A DNA stretch of 64,000 nucleotides from Lepidodermella squamata. Its lineage: Eukaryota > Animalia > Gastrotricha. Below, one piece after another: positions 1-12,809 of the stretch. The position numbers and the translations under genes are program-made. The stretch lies in contig JBLDXI010000029.1 of the NCBI GenBank assembly GCA_047495785.1, positions 992,001 to 1,056,000 of the forward strand. The letters run 5' to 3'. The notes beneath the pieces were generated by a model. The model was not told the DNA's origin. It ran no database searches and saw only the letters and a program-made list of their open reading frames with translations. Every line of letters starts with the position of its first letter. Position 1 is the stretch's first letter.

Positions 1-2189
1 AACGTCCGGCCGATGGGCAACTGCTCAGCTTGTTCGCAGTTCCAAATTTGCTGAATTACAGCCCAAACGTTTGATTTAACGATGTCGAGAAGCCGCTTAC
101 GACGAGCGTGGTCGAGCCTAACCAGCCAATAGGTCGCAATCGGAGCTCGAAATTCTGACCAGTTTTCTGCAACTTCGAGCAAAACCGCATCAGTTTCAGC
201 CTCTGTTTTCCCAGGAAATCTGATGTGAAGCGCTCTGAGGCACTCAAGACATGCATTGGCCAGATTCTCGTCCACTTCCGTCGAGCTTTGGTTGTTGGTC
301 AATACTGGAGCTGACGTTGAAGTTATCAATGGTGCAGCGGTGTGGACGCGTGCTGACCTCGGAAGTCGTAAAGGGGGCGGAGCTTCGTTAGCTGCTCTTA
401 CGAGAGACTGGTCTCGAGTAGATTGAGTCCCATTCCGGCCTGTATGACCGGCAGTTTTGTTTGCCAGCGGAGCATTGCGTGACTTCTTTGACTTACGGCC
501 GGGTCCTTCGCTGCCGTCATCGTCATGCTCCATAATGACATCTTCCTCCAGATCCGAAAATTTTTGAGCGAGTATGTTGTACAGTTGGGCCTGTTCTGGG
601 TTATTAGCATCGTCACTACTGCCGTTGAGCTTTGAGAGACGCTCAAACACTTCCTCTTCTTTCGGAGCGCGAAGGTAAGTATGCTCTATTTCGCGCATTA
701 ACATAGCCGATCGAGTTGGTAGCAGGGCAGCGCATGCACCAAGCAGCAGCTTTCCAAAACGCTCTTTGGAGAAGATGTCTGCGGGGGGAAAGACGCGACG
801 AAAAAAACCACAGTGGCGATTTTCGTAATCTTCACGGGCGGCTTCGAGGCGAATCCTGTATAGCGACGTCTCTAGCTCTTCGACTTCACTGTGCCGTGAA
901 AACAGAGCGGATAAATCGTTCTCTGAGCGGCGACTCGGACGCAAGAGCCGACGTTGCGATTGTGTTTTATCGATTGTGGCTGAGGCGAGACGATCAGATA
1001 ATCGAATGTTGAGTAAGCTCATGGTATCTTTTAGAAGTTGCAGTTTCAACTTCTTATCGAGATCAGTATCAGTAGCGAAGCTAGGGGACCGGTTGACTTC
1101 AAGGAGCCATGGCTTGAGCTTTTCATCGAGTAATATATCGAAACCAAGTAATTCGAAACACACACTTTCCGCCAATGGAGTATGACCAGGTCTGCAGCTG
1201 CGATAGGCAAGTAGGAGATGAGGCTCCGCAGCAATAATTGTTTTGACGACCAGATCAGTAATGCGGCGCCACAAATGGGCAACATCGATATCGTGCTTTC
1301 GCAAGTATGAGGTAAGGAAACGAAGAGACCGCTTGCTACCGTTCATGCCGGCCGAGTCTCCGCGATCAAATGAGGCATTGTTTTTGTTGACTGCATAGTT
1401 TGTGAGATGCATGAATAACTTGTTGCAATTGTCGTCCGTTGGAGGACGGTAGACTTCGGTGGCAAAACGCACAAGGCCATCCGAGTACAAGAATATTCGA
1501 AGCGGATCACAACTGGTGATCAGAGCATAAATCCTCAAGTCGCATTTAAAACCGTCGATAAGGAATGGTTTATCGATGTACTCTTGAACAACATAACCAT
1601 CGAATTGCCTATCTTGACTTGTACTGCTGGATAGAATTTTATCGAGGTTTTTCGTGAGCCATATTCCGTGACCTTGAGCTCCATTAGCAGGTTTCACAAT
1701 AAAGAACTTCATTTTCTTGGCGTTCTTCAGCTCCCGATAATAGGAAATAAGAGATGACATATCAGTCGGTAGGTTCCACGTTTTGGGTACAAAGTCAAAC
1801 TCTTCTGGATGAGCCTTGGCCAGTTTCGCCATATTTCTCGCAAGAGTGTCTTTGCGGCTGATCTCACTCATTCCAGGAAAATGATTGATTTTCTGATATG
1901 GTTTGAGCTCGGCAACTCTTTCGGCACTGATAAAGGCATCGTTCCATATCAAAAACGTGTTAGTGTTCTGTTCGGTATTGGGGTAAAATCCACTGTGCTG
2001 GACGGCGTTGTATACAACATTGTACTTTGTTCCGCTGAGATCTGCCTCCAGGACAGACAGCGAAGAAGCCGATGTACGCGGCTCTTTTAAACGCTCGTCG
2101 GGATCCGCATGGCTCTCGTAATGTTGAGATCTGTGCCTGTGCTCACCATCTAATGTAAAAGATGAGCCCAAACTTGATGAATAGGCCAT
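1..2189 (-). CDS. TTLL7: Tubulin polyglutamylase, TTLL7-like (3' end runs off window)
   Basis: Open frame from ATG 2189 to the window edge (absent from ORF track because no stop in window). TTL motifs: KINHFPGMSEISRKDTL, FIVKPANGAQGHGI, VVQEYIDKPFLIDGFKCDLRIYALITSCDPLRIFLY, MHLTNYAVNK, CFELLGFDILLDEKLKPWLLEVNRSPSF. The GAQGHGI and EVNRSPSF motifs are closest to TTLL7. Confidence 0.9.
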   Translation of the reverse strand, partial: MAYSSSLGSSFTLDGEHRHRSQHYESHADPDERLKEPRTSASSLSVLEADLSGTKYNVVYNAVQHSGFYPNTEQNTNTFLIWNDAFISAERVAELKPYQKINHFPGMSEISRKDTLARNMAKLAKAHPEEFDFVPKTWNLPTDMSSLISYYRELKNAKKMKFFIVKPANGAQGHGIWLTKNLDKILSSSTSQDRQFDGYVVQEYIDKPFLIDGFKCDLRIYALITSCDPLRIFLYSDGLVRFATEVYRPPTDDNCNKLFMHLTNYAVNKNNASFDRGDSAGMNGSKRSLRFLTSYLRKHDIDVAHLWRRITDLVVKTIIAAEPHLLLAYRSCRPGHTPLAESVCFELLGFDILLDEKLKPWLLEVNRSPSFATDTDLDKKLKLQLLKDTMSLLNIRLSDRLASATIDKTQSQRRLLRPSRRSENDLSALFSRHSEVEELETSLYRIRLEAAREDYENRHCGFFRRVFPPADIFSKERFGKLLLGACAALLPTRSAMLMREIEHTYLRAPKEEEVFERLSKLNGSSDDANNPEQAQLYNILAQKFSDLEEDVIMEHDDDGSEGPGRKSKKSRNAPLANKTAGHTGRNGTQSTRDQSLVRAANEAPPPLRLPRSARVHTAAPLITSTSAPVLTNNQSSTEVDENLANACLECLRALHIRFPGKTEAETDAVLLEVAENWSEFRAPIATYWLVRLDHARRKRLLDIVKSNVWAVIQQIWNCEQAEQLPIGRT

Positions 2190-3174
2190 TATCTAAATCA
2201 AAAAGTCGTAAATGTAAAACTGGGTCACGAGATGTGACATCAAATGATGAATATTGCTTCACAGATCAGATGGTCAAGGATTGAAGCAATACTTTTTAAC
2301 ATCCCAATTCCGCAATATTACCGCTACAAACCATCATTCAGAGCTAAAGCTGTAGCGAAACGTTGTTCAAACATGTAACGTGTGCTACTTGCAATCGGTT
2401 GAAGCGCAGTCCGTGCATCATTCATCGAACCACTAAACTATAGGCCAGCCACTGCAAACAAAGACGCTTTTTCCTTAGATACAATTCTTTTTTATTAAAA
2501 TCTATTATAATATGTATTTAAAACAATTAATATATTTTGCATATAAATGTGTCACAGCGAATTTTTAAAAATTTTCGCGCGCATGCCTCGCAGTGGTTGC
2601 GCTGTTTATTCGCGCTGGCCGGCTTTTTGATTGTCTTGAAGAGGTCCATGGATGTCACGCTAATCATGCCAAGTGTTTGAGTGTTTGACTGCACGTTCAA
2701 CTCACAGTGGTGCAAACACCGCCCACTGTAGGCTTAACAGTCTGCTCAGGCTATTGAAGTGCATGTTCTTTGAAGCTTTCAACGTGCTCTTGCGTTTTGA
2801 ACTTGCCATTGAACCTGTTACCTTGAGCCTTGAGCCCGAAAACTGATCGTCTAGAATCAGTTGAGATTCAAATTAAATATGAATATCCAAGGTGGGTTCA
2901 CTTGTTTCAAATGAGAGCATGACGCTAAGTTTCTATTATTTTCTCTTCGCGCCATAAGCGGAGGCCAAGCGTGGCTGTTAGCTGTTGCTTCGTCGTTTGT
3001 TTCGAACGGATGAAGCATCAGCACCAGCTAAATTTTCTTATTTTTGAGCTCCATTCTTTTCGTGCGAAACACTCTGATGAGTAATTAATATTATACCAGT
3101 ATTTATTCTTCTTTCCAGGGTAGTCGGCTTTTAATGTTTTTGTTTTGATTGTCGAACACCAAACTAACACGCAG

Positions 3175-4626
3175 ATGCCTCGACGTCAGCTGAGCCGCAA
3201 AACCATCGAAGCGAAACCGACATCCGAAACTGACAAGTGTTTGTTTTGTGCCCGCGGCCCTGATCATGAGAACGCCGCTGTTGGCCCGATCTATTCTAAA
3301 GACGGCATATTTGCCCATAAAAACTGTCTGTACTTCGGCGCCGGTCTTGCTCAGCAGTCAGATGTCGAGACAGACTCTGAAGGTGCTGATCAGTTGTTTT
3401 TCTTCCAAATAAGTGCAATTCGGAAAGAAGAGAAACGGTCTCAGAAGCTACGCTGTAGCTTCTGCAAGCTTCCTAATGCTTCGGCCGGCTGTCTCAACAA
3501 AAAGTGCAAGAAAAAATTCCACTTTCCCTGCGGCCTCGAAAACCAAGTTCTATTCAACTTTCGCGAATTTACCTCAGCGTGTTCGGAGCACCAGGAGAAG
3601 CAGGAGCCGCACACGGCTAATGTTGATCTGATCTGCCACATCTGCCAAGACGACGTGGATTCGACTCCGTCTTACCATCAAGTTTACTGCCCATGTTGCA
3701 AGAGGTGGGTCCACAGGCGCTGCGTCCAGTTATGGGCTTACAAGGCCGGGGTTCATCATTTGAGATGCCCAATGTGCAACACTGGTGAAGAATTCAAGGA
3801 GGAACTATTCCGCCTTGGCTTCGAATTGCCTGATCGAGACGGTAAAAGCTTTTTTATTACTTATTTTTCTCTTATAATTCTTTGCAATTTAGCTGAATGG
3901 GAGCGCGAAGGCATGTATCGTGAGCAGGAAGAAGGAACTTTCCTGCGTTGTGCAGCTGAAGAATGCCAATGCCCAAAGGGTCGCGACTTTTCAGCCAGGA
4001 AAGGCATGCAAGAACTCATCGCCTGCGTTGTTTGCGGCGAATTCGCCGTTCATCGCCAATGTATCGACGATTATTCTAAAGAGCTGAACAGCCACTCGGT
4101 CGACGTTTGGTGGTGCGAACTTTGCGAGCGGGTTGAGCTGAAACTCGAATCGCAGCGGCTAATCGAGCAATTGTACCGGGAAAGAGTTGCTAGTCGAACC
4201 GGCGGCTTTTTCACGGCTGAGAATTCGTTGAAAGGGGCGGACTCGCCGAAAGCTATCACAATAAGTGACAGCGCGTCAGACTCAGTCCACTCTAGTACCT
4301 CGGCAAGTGCGATAAGTAACGAAGAAGCTCCGGCTGCGAAAAAGGCGCGAACTGTTCGTAGAATCTGAGCTTTTCTCGTCACTTGTTGACTTTGATTTCG
4401 TTTTAAATAGGTGAAAGACGAGCCGAGACCGTCGTCGAAACCCGGTAATTTTTTCGATTCTCTAAAATCGCCACCGGGTCGAGTAGTTGCTGGTTTAAAC
4501 AGCGAGAAGAAGCTATTTCCGCTGTTTGACAAGTTGAAGCGAACACCGGGCGACGATTCTTCTAATCGGCTAACCCCGCCCCTGGTTCCAATCCCTGTCT
4601 CAGTTCATTCACTTGTTGTCGAGTAG
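3175..4626 (+). CDS. PHF7: PHF7/G2E3-like PHD/RING zinc-finger protein (no HECT domain)
   Basis: Extended PHD (CLFC...HKNCLYF...CSFC...GC...C...FHFPCG...CSEH), RING/PHD (CHIC...CPCC...HRRC...CPMC) and third finger (CAAEECQCPKGR...CVVCG...HRQC...WWCELC). Exons 3175-3841, 3893-4353, 4411-4626. The first intron (51 nt) is in frame and read through by the ORF track. The last exon is inferred; an unspliced form would stop at 4368. Confidence 0.82.
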
Positions 4627-4836
4627 GAATTTGAATCTCTGAATTTTACTCGTGATGAGAAACCGTGATACTTATTGATTCTTGTTTCTCGGTTTTTATC
4701 CTATTCGTTCTTTTTCCGTGTTTCTTTTTTCTTTCTGAATTATAATGTAATTTCGATTTTTGCCTGCTCGAAAAAAATGCGTGTAAAATCAAATACATGT
4801 TCTTATTATTTGTGTTTTTTGATAGAATAAATAATA

Positions 4837-7800
4837 ATGACTAGTAAAGCGAATCGTTCGATTTTAAAAATCACCCTAGACCAATCGCGGCTAGGTGATA
4901 CGGCTAATATCGATGAATTAATGCCGCGGATGAATCGAAGGCGGAACCGCGTTTCATTCAGCGAATCGATTGCTGTTAAAGAAATCGCGACTCGGCTTGA
5001 AGAGAAGGAAAAAGCGGCTGCCGAGGCGATGAAGCAACAGCAGCAGCAGCAGCATCAATTCAACGATAGCCCTCAAGTTTTACAGCAAGAAAATCGACCG
5101 CCTGGTATCACTCCAGTTGCCCAGAAACAAATATTGAAATCGTACCAAAATTGGTCGTTGAATGACCAAATTCGTCGGTTAAGTTCTGAATCGAACTACG
5201 ACGATGAAGAGCCGAGTCAGGGCGGTCCTCTGCAGCCGAAGTTGACCGCTAATAACCGCCACTTGTCGTTTTTCATCGACCCTGATGATGAAGAGGAGCG
5301 TCTGGCCGACGAACAGGCGTTTCAAAATGCTGAAATGACGATTTTAAATGCAACTGTTGCGCCTAGTATCATGGAACGCTCGCAGAACTTCTCGCCTAAT
5401 GATGATTTTTCGCGATTTCTGGCTGGCGAGGATATAATTGAGCCGTACGATATGGATATCTCCGAGGCGTGTGTTGAAGAGGAAGAGCCGATGCTGAATT
5501 TGCCGCCGAGTTTGTCAGACTTGCAAGACAGTGAATCTGAGCCTCAGGCACCTCTGACGAGAATTCACGATGACATTATGGACTTGGACAGTGAAGTTAT
5601 GAGGTGAGGATGTTAGCATTAAAATAATTTTCAAAATAATTATATTCAGATTCGGTTATTCATCAGCTCGCGAAACCGACTGCCCTTTAGATAGAGTCAA
5701 ATTAAAATTGCAGCGAATCGAAATTTAGTGATTACCTTGTTTTTCCCGATACTGCTATCCGAAATCAACCCGAATACCTGTTAGCTAATTATTAATGATT
5801 GCGAAATCCGATTTTATTTGTAATATAAGGCTCATTGAAATTTCAACCGGTGAAAATTCTGATTTTGTGACTAATTTTGACGTTGAATGAGAATTTTAAA
5901 TAAAAAAATATTTAGCGAAACCAAATTTCAAAGCTTCGCACCAAACGCATACTTGAGTATTTGTATTTGAATATTATAATGATAAGAATATATTATAACC
6001 CGAAAAATAGCGCTACGGTGGCCAATTTTCGTTTCTTCATTCAGTTGCGACTTTTTTTTATAATATTTCTAGTTATCATCCTCAGGCAATTGGAAAGTAG
6101 GCCAAATATCGTTGGCATACTATTTTTTTGGGCTTCTAGCAATTGACCTCGAAATTCCCAAAAATTAAAATAATCGTTTTGGGCAAGTAAATTTTTAAAT
6201 TCGGTTACGCCAAGATATTTACCCATTGAAAATATCGGACTATTTTTGTCGAGTAATTTTTCATGTTTTAACTTCAATTTTCGAGTGTAAATTTCACAAC
6301 GAAATGCCAGTTTTTCAGGATATGTTTTGCTTCTCAACTTGATTTTTAATGAATTGATGAATTTATTCATTTTCAATTTAGAGAGAAAGACCTCTCGTTT
6401 GAAGAGGCGTTTGGTTTGCAACAAGGACCTCGTAAATCCCTCGTTTCAAATGCCTCCATTTCATCGCTACCGCCCACCGGTCAAGCCTATGCCGCCAGTC
6501 AAGAGCAAGAATCAATCACAGAAGTCTCAATGGCCTGCCCCAATACATACACCATCATCAACAATACCATCGACGAGCCGCGAAATGGGCGGCTTTCGAC
6601 GTCAATCAATAGCTCGTGGAACCAACCGAGTGGTATGAGCAATGTCCTGGATTTCAGCGCACACGCTGATGGCAACAAGAGCCAGCACAACTTATCGGCG
6701 ATTTCAACTGGTTCGAAGCAGCTTTTGATGCCGCAACCGCCTGTTCCGTGTGAGAATTTCAACTCGCCACTGCGGAAAGATAGGCGCAGGACTTTTGTCG
6801 TTGTGCATCGGTCGCAGGATCGCGAGCAACGGCGCGAGAAAATGTTGCGGGAACGCGCCAGTTTTGAGCCGACCAATTTTATGAACTGCTCCCAGTCGAA
6901 TGTGAGCTTGCTCGAGCCGAAGTTGACGAATAAACAAAAGCAACAGGCCGCCGAACAAGCTGAACAAGAGCAAGTTGCGGAAAGTCAAGGTTTGAAAGTA
7001 CTATTTACCCGTTAACAAGAGAAAAGTGGGGTTTGGCGAAATTGTTGACATCATGAGATTTTATGCCGCTTTCAAGAAAGATATCAAAAACAGGTTGATA
7101 GTCATCAGAGTTGCTGAGGAGATGGGCTTCAAAGTTTAAAGCTAAAAATGGCTAATTTCGTAAAATGCGCGCTTAAAATATTCAGTTTTTATTGCATCAA
7201 TTGATAATTCTTCGCGCAATTAATTCGGATGTCTTCTCTAATGCGCAGTCGAGATTTTTTTGGGTAACCTGAGGTGAGGAATCTAACTACAGTGAAAGTT
7301 GTTTAAACCGGAGCGGTCTAAACCGGACGATTTCGGGTGGCTCGATCCGAAAGTGTGGATTTTACATTATAGTTTATTGTCTAAACCGGACTGGTGGTAT
7401 AAACCGGACGGATTTCGGGGTCGAAGTCCGGTTTATGCAATAAAAAGGCCAATTTTCTATATAATTATGAAGAAAGTGCCAGCCCCTGCATGACAAGAGT
7501 AGCCTCAAAATTTCGAAAAAAATTAACTTCCAAATTATTGTGAATATAGCTGAACATGTTGATTATTTATATTAAAATTGTCGATTCCGTACTCAAAAAC
7601 TATTACTTAGCTTGTAAAACTTGAAAATTCTATGAATTTCACGCGGTATTTCCTATACCGGACTCAGTCCGGTTAAAAATAATTCGGACTTTCTCTAAAC
7701 CGGACGATTTTGCCTGGCACGACCTTAGTCCGGTTTAGACAACTTTCACTGTAGATAATCAAATATTTTGATTGAATCAAGCCAGTGCTTCTACGTCAAC

Positions 7801-10800
7801 CTGATCAATAAGCCTTTTCGGCGACACTTTTGGGGTCTACCGTGTTTTGAGGTGGTGAGAGCTTCCTAGAGGTTTGAATTTTAAAAATTCAAAAGCCTCA
7901 AGAAAAACTGAGTAGAAACATCTAGGATCCCAAGAATCGCCTCTCTTCAAGTCAGCACGCATTTTGCCATTTGCTGGAAAATAGAGGAAATACGCCAAAC
8001 CCCCTTTTTCACTTGTTAATGGTCGTTTATTATGCTATTTTAATTCATTAATTTGAATATAATTTCACAACAATTAACGTTCACGGGAAATGAAGAGCAT
8101 GTAGTCTAAATTAACCGAAGATTAGAGCTGAATTGTACATTAGGAACAATATGATTGCCCTTACAATAAGGTTGCTGGTTGCTGGTTCACACTAAAAGCT
8201 AATCTACAAGGCTACCAGTGATTGTACGAGGAATTTTAAAGCCTTCCCAGACGAGCGCAATAAAGGTGTAAAGGCAAATTTACCGCATCAAAATGTAGAG
8301 TTGCACAAGCTCGCTACAGCCAGAGGTACCAATCTCAACTCCGAAGGTATTCGATCAATCAATCTTCATGACAGCTACGGCGTGAATACAAGGCACCTTC
8401 ACCCCAATTCGGCAAGAACACGTTGCCTCTCAATTGGGCCTTGCTTCGAGGAACCAACCTTGCTCAGCGCTTCCTTGAAGTAGTCGAGCGATTTTAATTG
8501 GGAGTAATTGATGGCTCTTATTAGTTCGGGGTCGATCTCACCGACGGGGATAACGTAGCAGTAAATCTGACCGCTTGCTGGTTAAATTCTCTGATGATCC
8601 GACGCCAAAAATGGCCACGCCTTCATCACCTCGATCCGATTCTGAAAAGGCTAAGGATTCCTACCATGAAACTAAGTTCAGCGGCTGTTGTGCCAGGCCG
8701 ACGGCAAAGACCAAGAGTAGTCGATTTGAAGACATTTCTCAAATAATATTGTACGCTTTTTTACTCATTCCTCATAAACGTTCACTCGCTTTCAAGGCCT
8801 AGCACTGCCATGCACCTGACTCGTGTAGGGTGTTTTCAGTCACATTTAAGGTTGCCGGAGGAAATGAGACATATTCCCACATATCAGATCGATATTTGAT
8901 TGGCATCGAACTAGATATCATCACGAAATTCCGACTATTTGGGAGTCGCAATTTATTGTTCTGACTTTATATTTTCATTTCAGACGCCCAGACCATGTCT
9001 CAGCAGTCTCAGCCGTCATCTCAAGTTTCCAAAACATCGAATTACAAGTACACTCTGCCCGAAACGCGAATCCATGCCAATGCTATGGAGCTACTTCAGT
9101 TTTTCTTCGACAATGAACAACTCGAATTCGGCTCGTTGCGAGACACCATCAAAGCTGTAGTCGATGATTTCGACGCCAACCCTCAGCACAGCCCTACGCC
9201 AATCTGGCAGGAAGTTGCGAAACAGCTTGAGAGTGGCACTTTGCCTATGCCGAGTCCAAGTCGGCCTAATGCGCTGCTTGGCGCGTCTTTTTCGTGGACG
9301 CCTAGCATCAACGATATAACGGCAGCTTCGATCGTGTCACCCATTGCGACAACGCCGGTTAGCGTTGAATCGGCGCCAGTTTTAGCTGCGTTCAACGAGA
9401 AATCCGAGCGGGTTAAGAAGTTGGTAGACGAAGTTTCGATTGGCATCGAAAAGCTGAAGGTTACATCGCGATTGGTCCTGCCGACTGCGACAGCGAATTC
9501 GGCTGACAACAAATCGGAACTCATCAGGTTGGTCAACATTTCAATTTACCAATGTTGATAATTGAAACAAGATATCATTTTGGTAATGGGAAAATGCTTT
9601 CTACCATCAAATTTGAGCTTTTACCAACGAAACCAATATCGCCATCAATTTGGATACTTTTGCCATCAAATTGGTTTTTCTTGCCAACAATTGAAATTCT
9701 TTGATTTTAAACAAAATCATCATCTGAGTCAGAATTCGATGATTCGTCATTTTCGACGTCTTCATCATCCCCTTCGCGACTTCCTGGCTTATAAGACAGG
9801 GCCGCAACGGCTTCAGTGGGACGGCCACGCTTGCTTTGCCCTTCAAGTATTACCGAACGGTATTTCTTTGCGATTTTGTGGGTTTTCTTCTTGTGTGCCA
9901 TCTTGTGCGCTTGCAAATAAAATTCGCCGACGTTTCGATGTAAAGACATCATCATCAGGGCTAAAATCAACAAAAACAATAAGGTCGGTAACAATTAAAA
10001 GACACAACAAGAAGACGTCATCGTAAGTTCAAAACAACAGGTAACAAGAATTAGCAAAGCTATTTTTCTACTTGTTGAGACTTATCTTTAATTAATTTAG
10101 CTAGTTTGCGCTCATTTTCCAACCATTCATCATTATATTTATTGAGGGGACTTCTTTTTGAGTGAAGACAGCTTCTGCTGATTTAGTTTCCATAGCATGG
10201 CGACAGGGCCAGATGACGCGACCTGTGAACTTTGGTTGCTGTCTTACAAGAGTAAAGAATTTCCCCTTATTTTTACCTGGGTCCGATGATGCAGCGACAT
10301 TCGGTTCGGTTCCGCTTTCAGGCGCTGGTACCGGTTCCGGGGCATGTACGGGTTCGCCTTTTAGAGCCAGTAACGGATTGAGGTTGTCTTCAGATTCAGG
10401 TGCCGGGCTCTGATCGCCTACAGATGCCGGTGCCAAGATAAGAGCCGGGCCAGTAAGATTGCCTCCAGGTGCCGGCTTAGGATTGCTTTCAGGTGCCGGA
10501 TTAGGATTGCCTTCAGGTGCCAGACTGAGATTACTTTCAGGTGCAGATACCGGGTTTAGATTAGCTCCAGACGAGGGTGCCGAGGGTGACTGCAGAGCAC
10601 CCAGATCTTCGTCGGAGATCTCCGAAAGGCCATCAAATGTCCCAATATTGTCCACCTCCGCCAGTGTTCCGATGACAATGTGCTTCGAAATAATGTCAAA
10701 TTTCTGAAATCATGGCAATTATTGATAATTGATTTGAAAAAATTTCTTCTTGCCTCATCCAAATATGTTTTAATTCTGTCGAAGCCAGCATCGACGTATC

Positions 10801-12617
10801 CTTTAATCGCAGTCATCATCATGCAATAATGATTATGTTGAAGTATTTTCCGAAATCAGAAGTTAAACTCACGGAATATTGAAAACGATGAAAAAGGTGA
10901 GAGCAACTTGCATAAGCTGTTGACAATTTTATTGACAAGCATTTTACACAACAAACAACAAAAATGGCAGGAAAAAAACATAAAATTTTCCAAAGAGGCG
11001 AAACTAATACAAATCACTGACGACACGCCACACTATTGCCCTATAGCCATTATTGGGTATAAGTCTTTGTTGAGTGAGATCACGAAAGTCTATAAGTCTT
11101 GCGTCGTCGCCAACTTTGATAGCTGGATAATTGGAAATGGTGTAACTACGTAAAAGTAACATAAAAAATCCATATTCTAAAATTGGCCTGATGGTAGAAG
11201 CCATGTTTAGTACCATGTCAGATTGATCAGGAGAAGATCGATATACGCGAGCTAAAACAGAGTTTTCACGAAATTTCTGCAGGTAATTCTACGTCATCCA
11301 ACCTAATGATTACCGAATAGCAGGCTGCGTTGCAGTCCTGCCATTGCGAGCCATTATCTCCCCACGAGGAACAACTCCAATCATGCGTAATATCGTATAT
11401 ATAAGATCTATTGACGGGTGAATGGATGGATTGAAGAGCACGCTCGCTAGTCACGAAATTATGAATTCAAAGACGAAAATGGGAGTTCTTCTTCCTATTG
11501 TAGCAATTTCTTTTTGAAAATTTGAATATTTCGTCGCGGAAAACGATTCTTTTATTTTTCCAGTCGCCTCTTAATCGTGTCGCAAGTCACAAATACCCTT
11601 TAAATTTGCAGTACAATATCATTTCGTAGATTCCAACGAATCCGCAAATAAATTTCGAAATTCTATCTTATCCATAACCATTGCCGAAGGGCTACGAAAA
11701 GGTTAACGTGAATAAGAAGAGTAGATGAGAAGAACCTGTTACTGTCAATTAGAAGTCTCGCAGAATTGGAACTAAGAATGAGATCCGTCGTGGAGAACTT
11801 AAATTAGTCTATCAATTTGCTCTCTCCCTTTTAGCCGATTAGCTGGTCCCGATGTCAAGTACAAATTCATCGCTGAAACTGGTGTCGGAATTTGGACGTT
11901 CCGCTGCACGCCTGGAACTTGTGATGTTGAAGTCTACGTTCAAGAAACGCCCTCCCATCCATCCGAAGTGCGCGTCTACATCACAAAAAGCCCCTATGGT
12001 GGACAATGGCTGAGCAAATTCGGAGATATCGCTATTGAAATCATCACTTGTCGCACGGGTAAGTCTCTATCTTGCAGTTGAAACCCAAGTTTCATGTCGA
12101 ATTATTTTGGCTTTCAGGCATACCAAGAGGAAAAATGACGATGAGCCGAAACTTCTCTTCCGAGCAAGCTTTCGAGGAGTTCATGATTACATTGAGAAAC
12201 GCGGTTCGGGCATCGCGATCTTTCATGAGCGAGCTAATTTCTTCCGTGTCTAAACACTTATTCTACGACCCGGAGGAGAATTTCAAGTTCATTTACGAGG
12301 ACGAGGAAGGCCACCAAACCTCGCGGCTTCTCATCGAAATGACATCATTCCCTATCTTGGCAATCCTCTCCGGTGTGCTGGATATTTGCACGCGGGCCAC
12401 GGTGATTTTGGATGTTGATCTAGCGACTTATCCCGCGGTTGGTTCGTTATCAATGGCTGATGCGACAATTCTAGGCGGGGTTGAAACCTCGTCGCAAGTG
12501 TCTGATATTATCGAAAAATTCGATTGTGGCGTCAAGGCTTTGATGGCTGAAACTCAGTCGCCTCTTACTATCAGCCGATTGGCTGATTTGCTTTCTTCTT
12601 TAAAACAAGTGGATTGA
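4837..12617 (+). CDS. KNL1: Divergent KNL1/Spc105-like kinetochore scaffold protein (~880 aa, 5 exons)
   Basis: N-terminal RSILK and RRRNRVSF PP1-docking motifs in KNL1 order; acidic disordered region with MELT-like motifs (YDMDISE, DIMDLDS, AEMTILN); KI-like DDFSRFLA; short coiled segment, then a globular C-terminus (possible RWD). Exons 4837-5603, 6382-6989, 8984-9527, 11835-12058, 12118-12617 join in frame at GT-AG sites. Confidence 0.72.
7009..8022. mobile_element. Non-autonomous TIR element in KNL1 intron 2 (host of the nested MITE)
   Basis: Imperfect ~30-bp inverted repeats: ccgttaacaagagaaaagtggggtttggcg (7009-7038) vs cgccaaaccccctttttcacttgttaatgg (7993-8022). Confidence 0.6.
7290..7751. 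mobile_element. Tc1/mariner-superfamily MITE (TA target duplication)
   Basis: TA|cagtgaaagttgtttaaaccgga ... tccggtttagacaactttcactg|TA; internal repeated (t)aaaccggac motifs. Confidence 0.85.
9707..9900 (-). pseudogene. Probable DNA-transposase (MULE/SWIM-type) C-terminal remnant in KNL1 intron 3
   Basis: KIAKKYRSVILEGQSKRGRPTEAVAAL followed by an acidic tail resembles the KRGRP-x-A-xx-AL ends of SWIM/MULE-type proteins; no catalytic domain seen. Confidence 0.3.
10461..10560 (-). repeat. 24-bp tandem repeat encoding APE(S/G)NPxP within intronic ORF 10101-10655
   Basis: Units gcctccaggtgccggcttaggatt / gctttcaggtgccggattaggatt / gccttcaggtgccagactgagatt / actttcaggtgcagat. Confidence 0.7.
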
Positions 12618-12809
12618 GAATTTTAACCTTTTGATCTTACCTAAGAATTTCTGTTTCGCTTTCTTTGAAAACGCATGCAATTTTAGTCATGAATTTTTCT
12701 TTTTATTGACCGGGCTCAAGTTCTGAATTTCATTGAGTAGCATTTTTTCTTACTAATAAATTGAAATTTTTCAAATATTTAGTTCTTTTTTCTTTCAATT
12801 ACTCCGATA

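Noticed and set aside
56-2090. Short ORFs on both strands
   Set aside because: They are alternate-frame or antisense shadows of the TTLL7-like CDS.
2527-3018. Possible small spliced minus-strand gene between TTLL7 and PHF7
   Set aside because: An intron-like segment exists (2851-2900), but the joined frames hit stops and no domain was recognised.
5650-5728. Alternative short terminal exon for KNL1 via the acceptor at 5649
   Set aside because: It is in frame but stops after ~26 codons; it cannot be supported without transcripts.
11004-11454. Possible LINE endonuclease/RT remnant (VYRSS, IRPILEYG, VGDD)
   Set aside because: The motifs are too degenerate and inconsistent to call.
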